Source: Pristiophorus japonicus (taxonomy: Eukaryota). Taken from it: 64,000 bases of DNA. The position numbers and the translations under genes were made by a program. Every line of letters starts with the position of its first letter. The first letter of the stretch is position 1. The DNA is taken from positions 68,696,001 to 68,760,000 of the forward strand of contig NC_091987.1 of NCBI RefSeq assembly GCF_044704955.1, in the 5' to 3' direction. This document shows positions 23,127 to 33,094 of this stretch, piece after piece. The notes beneath the pieces are model-generated. The model was not told the origin of the DNA and searched no databases. It worked only from the letters and a program-made list of their open reading frames with translations.

Positions 23127-26100
23127 TGTAATGACTCAAGAGTCTTGTTACTGTAAACGGCCTCGGGTGCAAACCTGATCCAACTTTATTTGCGCCCAAA
23201 GTACCCGCGTGACATAGTACCCATGCTTATATATCTGTGACTGCGCACATGCGCATACAGCCCAATGACCTCCAACAGTGGCGCCCTCTGGTGACCCCAA
23301 GCATCAATACATAACAACATCCCCCTTTCAAGATCTTAATAATAGTCTCTTTACAAATTAATACGGTCTGGGACTTCCTGCTCACGGGTTGATCGTCTCA
23401 GTTCAACTTTAGTTCTGCTCGCATGTTCTGAGTCAGTTGTGACTGAAGACTGAGTAATAGATCTGATGGGAGTGGTAATGACCGCATCAGAGACTGATGG
23501 TCCAGGTTCAGTAATGACAGCAGAGTCCTATGATGAATGAACAGTGGTTGGTTGGTCACTGACTGCATCTTCCTCAAATGGTTCCAGTTCATCTGTGTGC
23601 TGCAGTTTGACCTGATCAACATGTTTCCTGCATGTTTGCCCATTCTTGAGCATGACAATAAACACTCTGTTACCCTCCTTGGCTGTAACAGTACCGGCAA
23701 TCCACTTTGGACCTTGACCATAGTTCAATACATAAGCCGGATCGTTGACAGAGATGTCATGTGGCATTGCTGACTTTGACGTCTGTTTTCAACACGATCA
23801 TTTAAATCAGGATGAACAAGAGAAAGCTTAGTCTTGAGATTTCTCTTCATCAGCAGTTCAGCAGGGGAAACCCCAGTAAGCGTATGAGGTCCTGTCCTGT
23901 AACTGAGCAATATACATGACAAACGAGTCTGCAATGAACCCTGAGTTACACGTTTCATACTTTGCTTGATCATTTGAACAGCATGCTCTGCTTGACCATT
24001 AGAAGCAGGTTTGAATGGAGCTGACCTCACGTCTAATACCATTGAGTTTCATGAACTCCTGAAACTCAAGACTTGTGAAGCAAAATCCGTTGTTGCTCAC
24101 AACAATATCAGGCAATAGTAGCTGTAGATGTACTGGATGACATAATACATTCTATTCAATTTGAATATGCATCCACCACAACAAAAATCATCTTTCCCAG
24201 GAAAGGGCCTGCTGAATCGATGTGGATCCTCGACCATGGTTTAGATGGCCATGACCAAAGACTCAGTGGAGATTCCGCTGGTACTTTACGTAGCTGCATG
24301 CAAGTATTGCACTGATGCACACCTGATTCCAGATCAGAGTCAATTCCAGGCCACCATACATGAGACCTAGCAATGGCTTTCATCATGACAATACCGGGAT
24401 GAGTGCTATGTAGTTCACGTCCAAATTTCTCTCTCTCTTTCTTAGGCATGATGACACGATTACCTCACAGTAAACAATCTGACTGAATGGGCAGCTCATC
24501 TTTGCGACGATTGTGTGGTTTAGTCTCATCACACATCTCCATAGGTATTGCAGACCAATCACCATTGAGGACACAACATTTCACAACTGATAAAATAGGG
24601 TCATGACTGGTCCAGATCCTAACTTGTTGAGCAGTGACAGGAGTTCCTTCACTCTCAAAAGCATCCATTACTAACAGTAGATCTGCAAGTTGAGGCATCT
24701 CCATCTCAGGTGTGGGCAAAGGCATCAGCACAATTCTCAGTACCAGGTCTATGACAAATAACATAATCATAGGCAGACAATGTCAACACCCACCTTTGAA
24801 TATGGGATGATGTCTTGGTAATAATACCTTTGTTTTCTGAAAACAATGAAATGAGTGGCTTGTGATCCGTTTTGAGCTCAAAATGAAGACCAAATAGGTA
24901 CTGATGCATCTTCTTGAACCCATACACACAGGTCAAAGTTTTTTCTACCATGCTGTGAGTTCTTTCCGCTTTTGACAAACTTCTCGAAGCATACGCAACA
25001 GGTTGTAGCTTACCCAACTCATTTGCTTGTTGGAGTACACAGCCAACCCCATATGATGAAGCATCACAGGCCAAAACAAGACGCTTACATGGATCATAAT
25101 GAACAAGCAACTTGGTTGAACAGAGCAGGTTCTTAGCTTTCTCAAAGGCTCGATCTTGAGACACAGCCCAGACCCAGTTGTCGCCTTTTCTGAGTAGCAT
25201 GTGCAGTGGCTCTAGTAAAGTGCCCAGTCTGGGTAAGAAATTATCGAAGTAGTTGAGCAGCCCAAGAAATGAACACAGCTCCGTCACATTCTAAGGCCTG
25301 GGTGCATTTTTGATGGCATTGGTTTTTGACTCTGTAGGCCTGATGCCATCAGCAGCAATCTTCCTCCCCAGGAATTCAACTTCAGGTGCCATGAAAACTT
25401 TCGAACATTTCAGCCTGACGAAATTGTCATCTTTGTCCAGACGATGTAGGACTTCTGCAAGATTATTCAGATGTTCAGCAGTGTCGCAACCTGTGACCAG
25501 AATGTCATCTTGAAACACAACAGTTCTAGGAACAGACTTCAGTAGACTCTCCATATTCCTTTGAAATATGGCTGCAGCCGAATGAATTCCAAAAGGACAC
25601 CTGTTGTAGACAAAAAGTCCCACTGCACTGCAAATCACCGGTATGAGTTCCTTAGTGTAGGTATGCAACTTGGCATTGACTGGACTCAGCTTAGGCTTCA
25701 CAGCCTCAGTGTCACACAGCTTGTCGAATGTCCTTTGGCTCATTATTGACTGACTCGCACCTGTGTCCAGCTCCATTGATACAGGCACACCATTCAGCTT
25801 CACATTAACAATTATCAGCTGGATCTTTGCCAAGAACGAATACAGACCATACACTTCCTCCTCGGGTTGTGTATCCGGGCCAGCACTGGACTGGTCATCA
25901 TCAACAATGTGATGAGCAGCAGCATGCTTGCTCAGTTGTGGGCACATTCTCTGAAGATGCCCCACTTTCGAACAGCCAATACAGGCGTATTGTTTAAACC
26001 GACACTGATGAGGCCAATGATTGCCCCCACAACGCCAATAGGGTGAAGTCAGATTCGTACCACTTGCCGGACTCTGAGCAGCTACAGGTTTCATATAAGC

Positions 26101-26942
26101 AGTCGAGTAGGCCCTGCCATAAGCAGCTCTGCCAGAAGACAACACAATCTTGTTTACAGTACCTGCCGTAGAGCTGCGTCTCTTCAATGATATCTGTCTC
26201 AAATTATCATCAGTCGTCATGCATGCCTGGGCAGTCGCGAAAGCCTTTCTCAAATCCAGCTTCTCTTCGGCCAATAACTTTCGGAGAATTACATCATGGT
26301 TGATGCCTATCACGAAGAAATCTCGCAACATGTCTTCCAACATGTTCCTGAACTTACACGGCTCAGCAAGACGTCGTAGGTCGACGACGAATCCAGACAT
26401 ATCCTGGCCCTCAGCACGAACATGCATATAGAAGCGATAGCTTGAGATGATGATCCCCTCTTTTGGCTTAAGATGGTCACACACTAAAGCACACAAATCC
26501 TCGTACTCTTTGTCCGTTGGATGTAAAGGCGAGAGAAGGTTCTTCATGAGGCCATAAATTTTCAGACCACAAACGGTGAGGAAAACCGCCCTGCGCCGAA
26601 CTGCGTCAGCCTCTCCCTCCATTTTGTTGGCCACGAAATACTGATCCAGACGGTCGATAAAATCCGCCCAATCCTCACCCTCAATCAGTCTCTCCAGAAT
26701 TCCAATAGTGCCCATTGTACATGCGAAGGTTTTTAAGTTACTTCATCGCCAAATGTAATGACTCAAGAGTCTTGTTATTGTAAACGGCCTCAGTTGTAAA
26801 GCTGATCCAACTTTATTTGCGCCCAAAGTACCCGTGTGACATAGTACCCGTGCTGAGATACCAGTGACCGCGCAAAGAACCCAATGACCTCCGACAGTGG
26901 CGCCCTCTGGTATCTGGTGACCCCAAGCATCAATACATAACA
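23127..26942 (-). mobile_element. Ty3/Gypsy LTR retrotransposon with both LTRs, defective
   Basis: LTRs at 23127-23316 and 26754-26942 (TG...CA), 5-bp TSD GATAT (23122-26, 26943-47), PBS-like TGGCGATGAAG inside the 5' LTR, PPT GAAAGGGGGATGT. Gag CCHC knuckle, protease LDTGAS, RT FQDD, RNase H LACDAS and integrase (HSTH..C..C, RIHID) in Gypsy order. Confidence 0.96.
25291..26715 (-). pseudogene. Gypsy gag-pro-partial RT reading frame (474 aa) with in-frame internal deletion
   Basis: The protease region PVICSAV joins directly to GLFVYNRCPFG, skipping the RT N-terminal motifs. A stop at 25291 precedes RNase H. Confidence 0.85.
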
Positions 26943-26952
26943 GATATCACAA

Positions 26953-27030
26953 ATGATGAAAGGTCATCGACCTCTGTTTCTCTCTCCACAGATGCTGCCT
27001 GACCTGCTGAGTATTTCCAGCATTCTCTGG
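26953..27030 (+). repeat. Short interspersed repeat resembling a Penelope-type terminal repeat; related copies near 1105-1195 (-), 2625-2755 (+), 40575-40660 (+)
   Basis: Shared pattern (c)tgatga-aaggtc..gacct...ctgtttctctc..cagatgctg..gtatttccagcatt. Confidence 0.55.
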
Positions 27031-27168
27031 CCTTAATACCCTTTGTTTTTGAAGGGTGCGGGTGTGTGAGAGACAACGGGAGAGTGAGACTGGTTAGGAC
27101 AGGATTGAACTTGGCTGCAGTGCTGCCCACGGTCAACGTTCAGAGTGACGGTTCACACATGAATAACA

Positions 27169-27598
27169 ATCATCATCATCATCATAGGTAGTCCCTCGGA
27201 GTCGAGGAAGACTTGCTTCCACACTAAAAGCAAGTTTTCAGGTGGCTGAAGAATCCAATGCGGGATCTACAGCCTCTCACAGGTGGGAAAGACAGTGGTT
27301 GAAGGAAAGGTGGGTGGAGAGCCTAGTTTGCCGCACACTCCTTCCACTGCCTGCGCTTGATTTCTGCATGCTCTCGGTAACGAGACTCCAGGTGCTCAGC
27401 ACCCTCCCAGATGCTTCTCCTCCACTTTGGGCGGTCTTGGACCAGGGATTCCCAGGTGCTGGTGGGGATGTTGCACTTTATCAAGGAGGCTTTGAGAGTG
27501 TCCTTGAAGTATTTCCTCTGCCCAGCTGGAGCTCACTTGCCGTGACGAAGCTCCAAGTAGAGCGCTTGTTTTGGGAGTCTCGTGTCGAGCATGCGGAC
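27169..27598 (-). mobile_element. RTE LINE 3' fragment
   Basis: (CAT)n tail followed by aggtagtccctcgga..gacttgcttccac; same family as 61545-62477. Confidence 0.85.
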
Positions 27599-28219
27599 GC
27601 ACTGCAGCAAGGTGAAGAGAGAGGAGAAAATTGGCCAGAGGCAAAAAAAAGTGTCTTCCTCACCACCTTTTAAGTCAACTACTTGAAGACAGAACATGAT
27701 ATTAGATTGAAGTAATATTTACATCAAGTCAAAACTGTGCGTCACTCATGAAGTTTGAATAGGTGGAATTTGACATCGAATTGTTTTTTTTAAAAAGCCT
27801 GCATCAAAATTTGTACAGGGGATTTTCCCAATCATCTGCCATAACTTTACCAGAAGATCCATGGAAACCCCAGACAAACAATGGAAACCCCACAGAAATT
27901 CAGCCACAATGTTCTTACTGTCATCTTCACCAAGTTGATCATCATGTAATAGGGCACCATTTCTCCTTTTAATAAAATAACAGCTACCTCAATCTGATTA
28001 AGTGAGCTCAGATCCATGGCACAAAGTTACACAAAATAAAACTTCAATTTTCAACATATTGGAAGTCTACCTTTTAAAGCAGCACTTCATATACTTCTAT
28101 TGGTTTATCAATTATTGTGATAAAATAGTCTTAAATCCAAAAAATAAATGTTTTATGCTAGCTGATTTCTAGTTAAGATCAGTTCAGTGTACTTGTTAAA
28201 AATCATAATCCTATCTCTC

Positions 28220-28800
28220 CAATGACTTAGTAGTAAGTGCATCATCATCATAAGCAGTCCCTCGAAATCGAGGAAGACTTGCTTCCACTCTAAAAGTGAG
28301 TTCTTAGGTGACTGAACAGTCCAATACAGGAATTACAGTCTCTGTCACAGGTGGGACAGACAGTCGTTGAAGGAAAGGGTGGGTGGGACTGATTTGCCGC
28401 ACACTCCTTCCGCTGCCAGCGCTTGTTTCCTGCATGCTCTCGGCGATGAAACTCGAGATGCTCAGCACCCTCCCAGATGCACTTCCTCCACTTAGGGCGG
28501 TCTTTAGCCAGGGACTCCCAGGTGTCAGTGGGGATGTTGCATTTTATCAAGGAGGCTTTGAGGGTGTCCTTGAAACATGGTAAGTGCACTCCGGGTGTGG
28601 CATCAAACTGTACAGAGCAGAAGTTCCAGCTTCCTAACCTGTGCAGTTAGGTGACCTTAGCCGGGACTCCATGCAGAACACTACAGCTAGCCTTATGTCA
28701 CTGGGTTATGGAAGAAAATTTCTAGATTGGCATTTGAAGAATGTCCCGTTGGCAAGGTCTCAGATGGTGGTTGATGTTGACGGAGTCCTATCTCAACAAG
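28220..28800 (+). mobile_element. Degenerate LF-SINE-like element, head interrupted by the RTE insertion
   Basis: tgacttagtagtaagtgca..tgtacagagcagaag..gttaggtgaccttagcc..ctacagctagcc..gggttatggaagaaaa parallels the copies at 39690 and 48400. Confidence 0.45.
28242..28579 (-). mobile_element. RTE LINE 3' fragment with TSD
   Basis: (CAT)n tail; ORF FKDTLKASL..C..CDRDC..IGLFSHLRTH (terminal zinc finger); TSD GTAAGTGCA at 28233-41 and 28580-88. Confidence 0.9.
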
Positions 28801-28947
28801 AATCAGTGCCATTAGGAGAGAAGAGAAAATTGGGGTGGGGGAGAGAGAGGGGTGAGGGGAAGGGAAGCAGAATTCTGATTTAAGTGTTTGGATTGTGTGT
28901 TTTTGAGAAATATCCTGTCTTCTAACTATATAAATTCATTTTTGCAG

Positions 28948-29325
28948 GCATGTGTGCTGCTCAAAGACATGTCCAGGTCCAGGAAGGCCCCCTGGTCAGA
29001 GCCGAAGGATACCACATAACTGTTTGGTGCAACGTGTCCGGGTACTCGGGTTCCACACAGCAGAACTTTGAGTGGTCAATCTATCTGCCTTCTGCACCTG
29101 AAAGACAAATCCAGATAGTCAGCACGAATGACCCTGACTACCCCTACGCTGTGTATGAAAGCAGAGTACGGAATAGGGAGGTCTACGTTGAGAGAATTGA
29201 TGGGGACTCAGTACTGTTGCACATTACCAATCTACAACTGGGAGATACAGGGGAATACGAGTGTCACACTCCTAACACAGAAGCAACCTACTGGGGATCC
29301 TACAATGCCAAGGGGAATCTGACAG
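28948..29325 (+). CDS. IGSF3: Internal coding exon of an IGSF3 (EWI-3)-like gene: end of signal peptide plus first Ig V-set domain
   Basis: Acceptor ttcatttttgcAG| (28946-47), donor G|GTtagt (29326), 378 bp, phase 1/1 as typical of Ig exons. Translation QRHVQVQEGPLVRAEGYHITVWCNVSGY...QNFEWSIYLPSAPERQIQIVST...DTGEYECHTP...GSYNAK closely resembles the recalled N-terminus of vertebrate IGSF3. Paralogues CD101/IGSF8 are less likely but not formally excluded. Confidence 0.9.
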
Positions 29326-30534
29326 GTTAGTGTTTCTTGGCTTTACAGTGATTGCCTCCGTTAATGTGGTGTTCAGCATGTATTTACAGGGTAATATCAA
29401 ATGTGCAACATTCCCTTTGATGAAGCCACAGTTTTTTAATAGCATTGCCAGGCTGTAATTATTTGACAGAAGTTTAAAGTATATCGAGATGTAAGTTTTT
29501 ATGTTGAAGGTAGTTTAAAATGATACTTTGCAGGCTGACAGACTTAAACTTAATTTGACTGAATTTTTCCATTAGTAGTAGCATTGTAGTATCTCATTAA
29601 CGGACCTTTAACTGACTATTAAAGTAGGTTTCTGTTTATTGACAGTATCTGTACTCAAGCTTCAGCAAAATAGAAATTATGAGCAGGCTTCTCTTTCAAA
29701 CTGATCCCAGTTGTGATATATTATTCAAAACAATTGGTTGCAGTCGTATTTCGCGTGTCAGGACTCTGAATAATGTGTTTCATCTGGCACCATTTTTACA
29801 GAAGGTGTCTCTAATGAGAAAAACATGCAGTGAAGAAAATGTAATGTTAGAAAAATGCATTTCAGTATCGCATAGCTGCACACTTGAAAAATCTCCATTT
29901 GTGTACTATTATCCATGAGTTTAATTCAGTCCGAATAGTGCGTTTTGCATCTGGGTTGAATGGATTTGTACTCCCATTCTACACCATTGGTTTCCTTCCA
30001 GTGTGAAAGTTTGATGCTTCACATATTTGGATCATTCTCTTCAGGTTATCCCTCGGAGCTTTTAAATTTCAGTCCACGAGGAAGAACTGTTCTCAGAGCA
30101 GGCTTCCCTCAACTCCCAAGGATCATGATATTGAAGCAGTTCCACCATATCAGCAGTTCCAGTTAGTATGGTGGAACCAGGAGAAGAACCAACTGTCATG
30201 TGATCCTGTGGCTTTCTACCTCAGCAAAGCCTCGTGATAAAGCAAGTTTCAGGAAGCCCAAGACTCCACATGTTCACAGCATTAATGCAGACTCATTCCC
30301 TCCGCTTCATATACACACTGAAACAAGATTACTAATTCTTTGTGGTATACATAGTACATACACCGCAAAGCTCTGCCCATTTGTACCTGAATTTGATAAA
30401 TGGAGTTGTGAAACTGGCGTAGTACCCTGATTTTTAAGGAACTTTAACGTCTGTTTCTGCTGCATGCTCTGGATAGCTAAATGTTGCCTGAGCCAAAATG
30501 GTGTTTGACACATTTCAAAAAATTACTTTTAGGT

Positions 30535-31068
30535 ACATAAGAACATAAGAACATAAGAAATAGGAGCATGAGTAGGCCACCTGGCCCCTTGAGCCTGCTC
30601 CGCCATTTAATAAGATCATGGCTGATCTGATCATGGACTCAGCTCCACTTCCCTGCCCTCTCCCCATAACTCTTTATTCCCTTATCGCTCAAAAATCTGT
30701 CTTATCTCCGCCTTAAATATATTCAATGACCCAGTCTCCACAGCTCTCTGGGACAGAGAATTCCATAGATTTACAACCCTCTGAGAGAAAAAAAATCCTC
30801 CTCATCTCAGTTCCAAATGGGCGGTCCCTTACTCTATGTCCCCTAGTTTTAGTTTCGGCTATGGGTGGAAATATCCTCTCTGCATACACTTTGTCGAGCC
30901 CCCTAATTATCTTATATGTTTCGACAAGATCACCTCTTATTCTTCTGAACTCCAATGTGTATAGGCCCAACCCACTCAACATATCTTCATAAGTCAACCC
31001 CCTCATCTCCAGAATCAACCTACTGAACCTTCTCTGAACAGCCTCCAATGCAAGAATATCCTTTCTTA
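30535..31068 (-). mobile_element. CR1 3' fragment
   Basis: (AAGAACAT)3 tail; LRKDILALEAVQRRF..LEFRR.RGDL. Confidence 0.9.
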
Positions 31069-31069
31069 A

Positions 31070-31620
31070 AGACCAACTGGTCCATCCAACCTGTTCGCAC
31101 AGTTGTGATGCCAAGGCATTACAATATATACACTCCCCACTACACCTGAAAGCCATGTAATCTCCTGGGACGCTGGTGGATTACAGAAAAAAATGTGAAA
31201 AATTCCTCTCCGTCCTCCCTTTAGAGGATCATAACTAGTCCAGGAGGCCACTCTGGCCTTGATTAATGTTATATAATGCCAACTCTTATAGAAACACCTT
31301 ATTTCATCTAAAGTATTTTTAGCCTTATATAGCTTGACCCTTGGTCTTCCCTAATCTATTTAGTTGACACAAACTGACAGTACAAACCAATCTAGTCCCT
31401 TCATCATCTTATAAACCTCAATCAGATCATCCCTAAGTCTATGCCTCTCAAGTGTAGAAACCCAGCTCTTTAAGCCTATGTTGGTAACTAAGGTGCTTTA
31501 AATTGGGAACTAATCTTGCGGCCCTCCTCTGCATCCTTTTCAAAGCCACCATGTGAGGAGACCAAAGTTGGCATAGTATTGTAACTAAGGCCTAACCAAA
31601 GGTCTTGTACAAGGACAAAA
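31070..31620 (-). mobile_element. Old, diverged CR1-type 3' fragment
   Basis: Degenerate RT C-terminal motifs (ttataaacctcaatcagatcatccct = RGDLIEVYK-like on the minus strand). Confidence 0.6.
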
Positions 31621-31654
31621 TGGTATGTTTTGTAATGTATTGTCCTGTAAATAG

Positions 31655-32582
31655 AGGATGTAACAAGCAGGGTGGATAATAGGAAACCAGTGGATGTAGT
31701 GTATTTGGATTTCTAAAAGGCATTCGTTAAGGTGCCACATAAAAGGTTACTGCACAGAAAAAGAGCTCACGGTGTTGGAGGTAATATATTAGCATGGATA
31801 GAGGATTGGCTAACTAAGAGAGAGCTGGGATAAATGGGTAATTTTCAGGTTGGCAAACTGTAACTAATGGGGCGCCACAGGGATCAATGCTCCTATTTCT
31901 TATGTTCGTAAACCTCAACTATTTACAATCTATATTAATGACTTGGATGAAGAGACGGAGTGTATTGTAGCCAAATTTGCTGACGATACAAAGATAGGTG
32001 GGCAAGGAAGTAGTGAGGAGGACACAAAGAGTCTGCAAAGGGATATAGATATGTTAAGTGAGTGGGCAAAATTTTTGCAGATGGAGTAATAGGGAAAATG
32101 TGAGGTTATCCACTTGGGTAGGAAAACTAAAAGAGCAAATTATTATTTAAATGGAGAGAGATTACAAAATGCTGCAGTACAGGGGGATCTGAGGGTCCTT
32201 GTACATGAAACGTAAAATGTTAGCATGAAAGTACAGCAAGTAATTAGGAAGGCAAATGGAATGTTGGCCTTTATTGCAAGGGGGGATGGAGTATAATAGT
32301 AGGGAAGTCTTGTTAGAACTGTACAGGGTATTGGTGAGACCAAACCCAGAGTACTACGTACGGTTTTGGTCTCCTTATTTAAGGAGGAATATACTTGCAT
32401 TGGAGGCAGTTCAGAGAAGGTTCACTAGGTTGATTCCTGGGATGAAGGGGTTGTCTTATAAGGAAATGTTGAGCAGGTTATGCCTGTACTCATTGGAGTT
32501 TAGAAGAATGAGAGGTGATCTTATTGAAACATATAAAGTTCTGAGGGGCTTTGACAGGATAGATGCTGAGAGGATGTTGCCC
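31655..32582 (+). mobile_element. CR1 RT fragment lacking its own 3' end
   Basis: DVVYLDF, KFADDTK, RRMRGDLIETYK; ends abruptly at ERMLPL. Confidence 0.9.
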
Positions 32583-32630
32583 CTCGAGCCTGCTCCGCCA
32601 TTCAATAAGATCATGGCTGATCTGATCATG

Positions 32631-33017
32631 ATGCAGGACATTCTGAAATGGGAGGGAGAACAGCCAGTTGTCGTGGTGCACATTGGTACCAACGACATAG
32701 GTAAAAAAAGGGATGAGGTCCTACGAAACGAATTTAAGGAGCTAGGAGCTAAATTAAAAAGTAGGACCTCAAAAGTAGTAATCTCGGGATTGCTACCAGT
32801 GCCACGTGATAGTCAGAGTAGGAATCGCAGGATAGCGCAGATGAATACGTGGCTTGAGCAGTGGTGCAGCAGGGAGGGATTCAAATTCCTGGGGCATTGG
32901 GACCGGTTCTGGGGGATGTGGGACCAGTACAAACCGGACGGTCTGCACCTGGGCAGGACCGGAACCAATGTCCTAGGGGGAGTGTTTGCTAGTGCTGTTG
33001 GGGAGGATTTAAACTAA
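32631..33017 (+). pseudogene. C-terminal half of CR1 ORF1 SGNH/GDSL esterase domain
   Basis: VVVVHIGTND (block III) and DGLHL (catalytic DxxH); the N-terminal GDS block is missing. Confidence 0.88.
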
Positions 33018-33094
33018 TATGGCAGGGGGATGGGAACCAATGCAGGGAGACAGAGGGAAACAAAAAGGAGACAAAAGCAAAAGACAGAAAGGAG

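Noticed and set aside
28950-29330. Stand-alone single-exon 126-aa Ig protein
   Set aside because: Canonical splice sites flank it, the stop lies just inside the intron, and it lacks a full leader. It is an internal exon.
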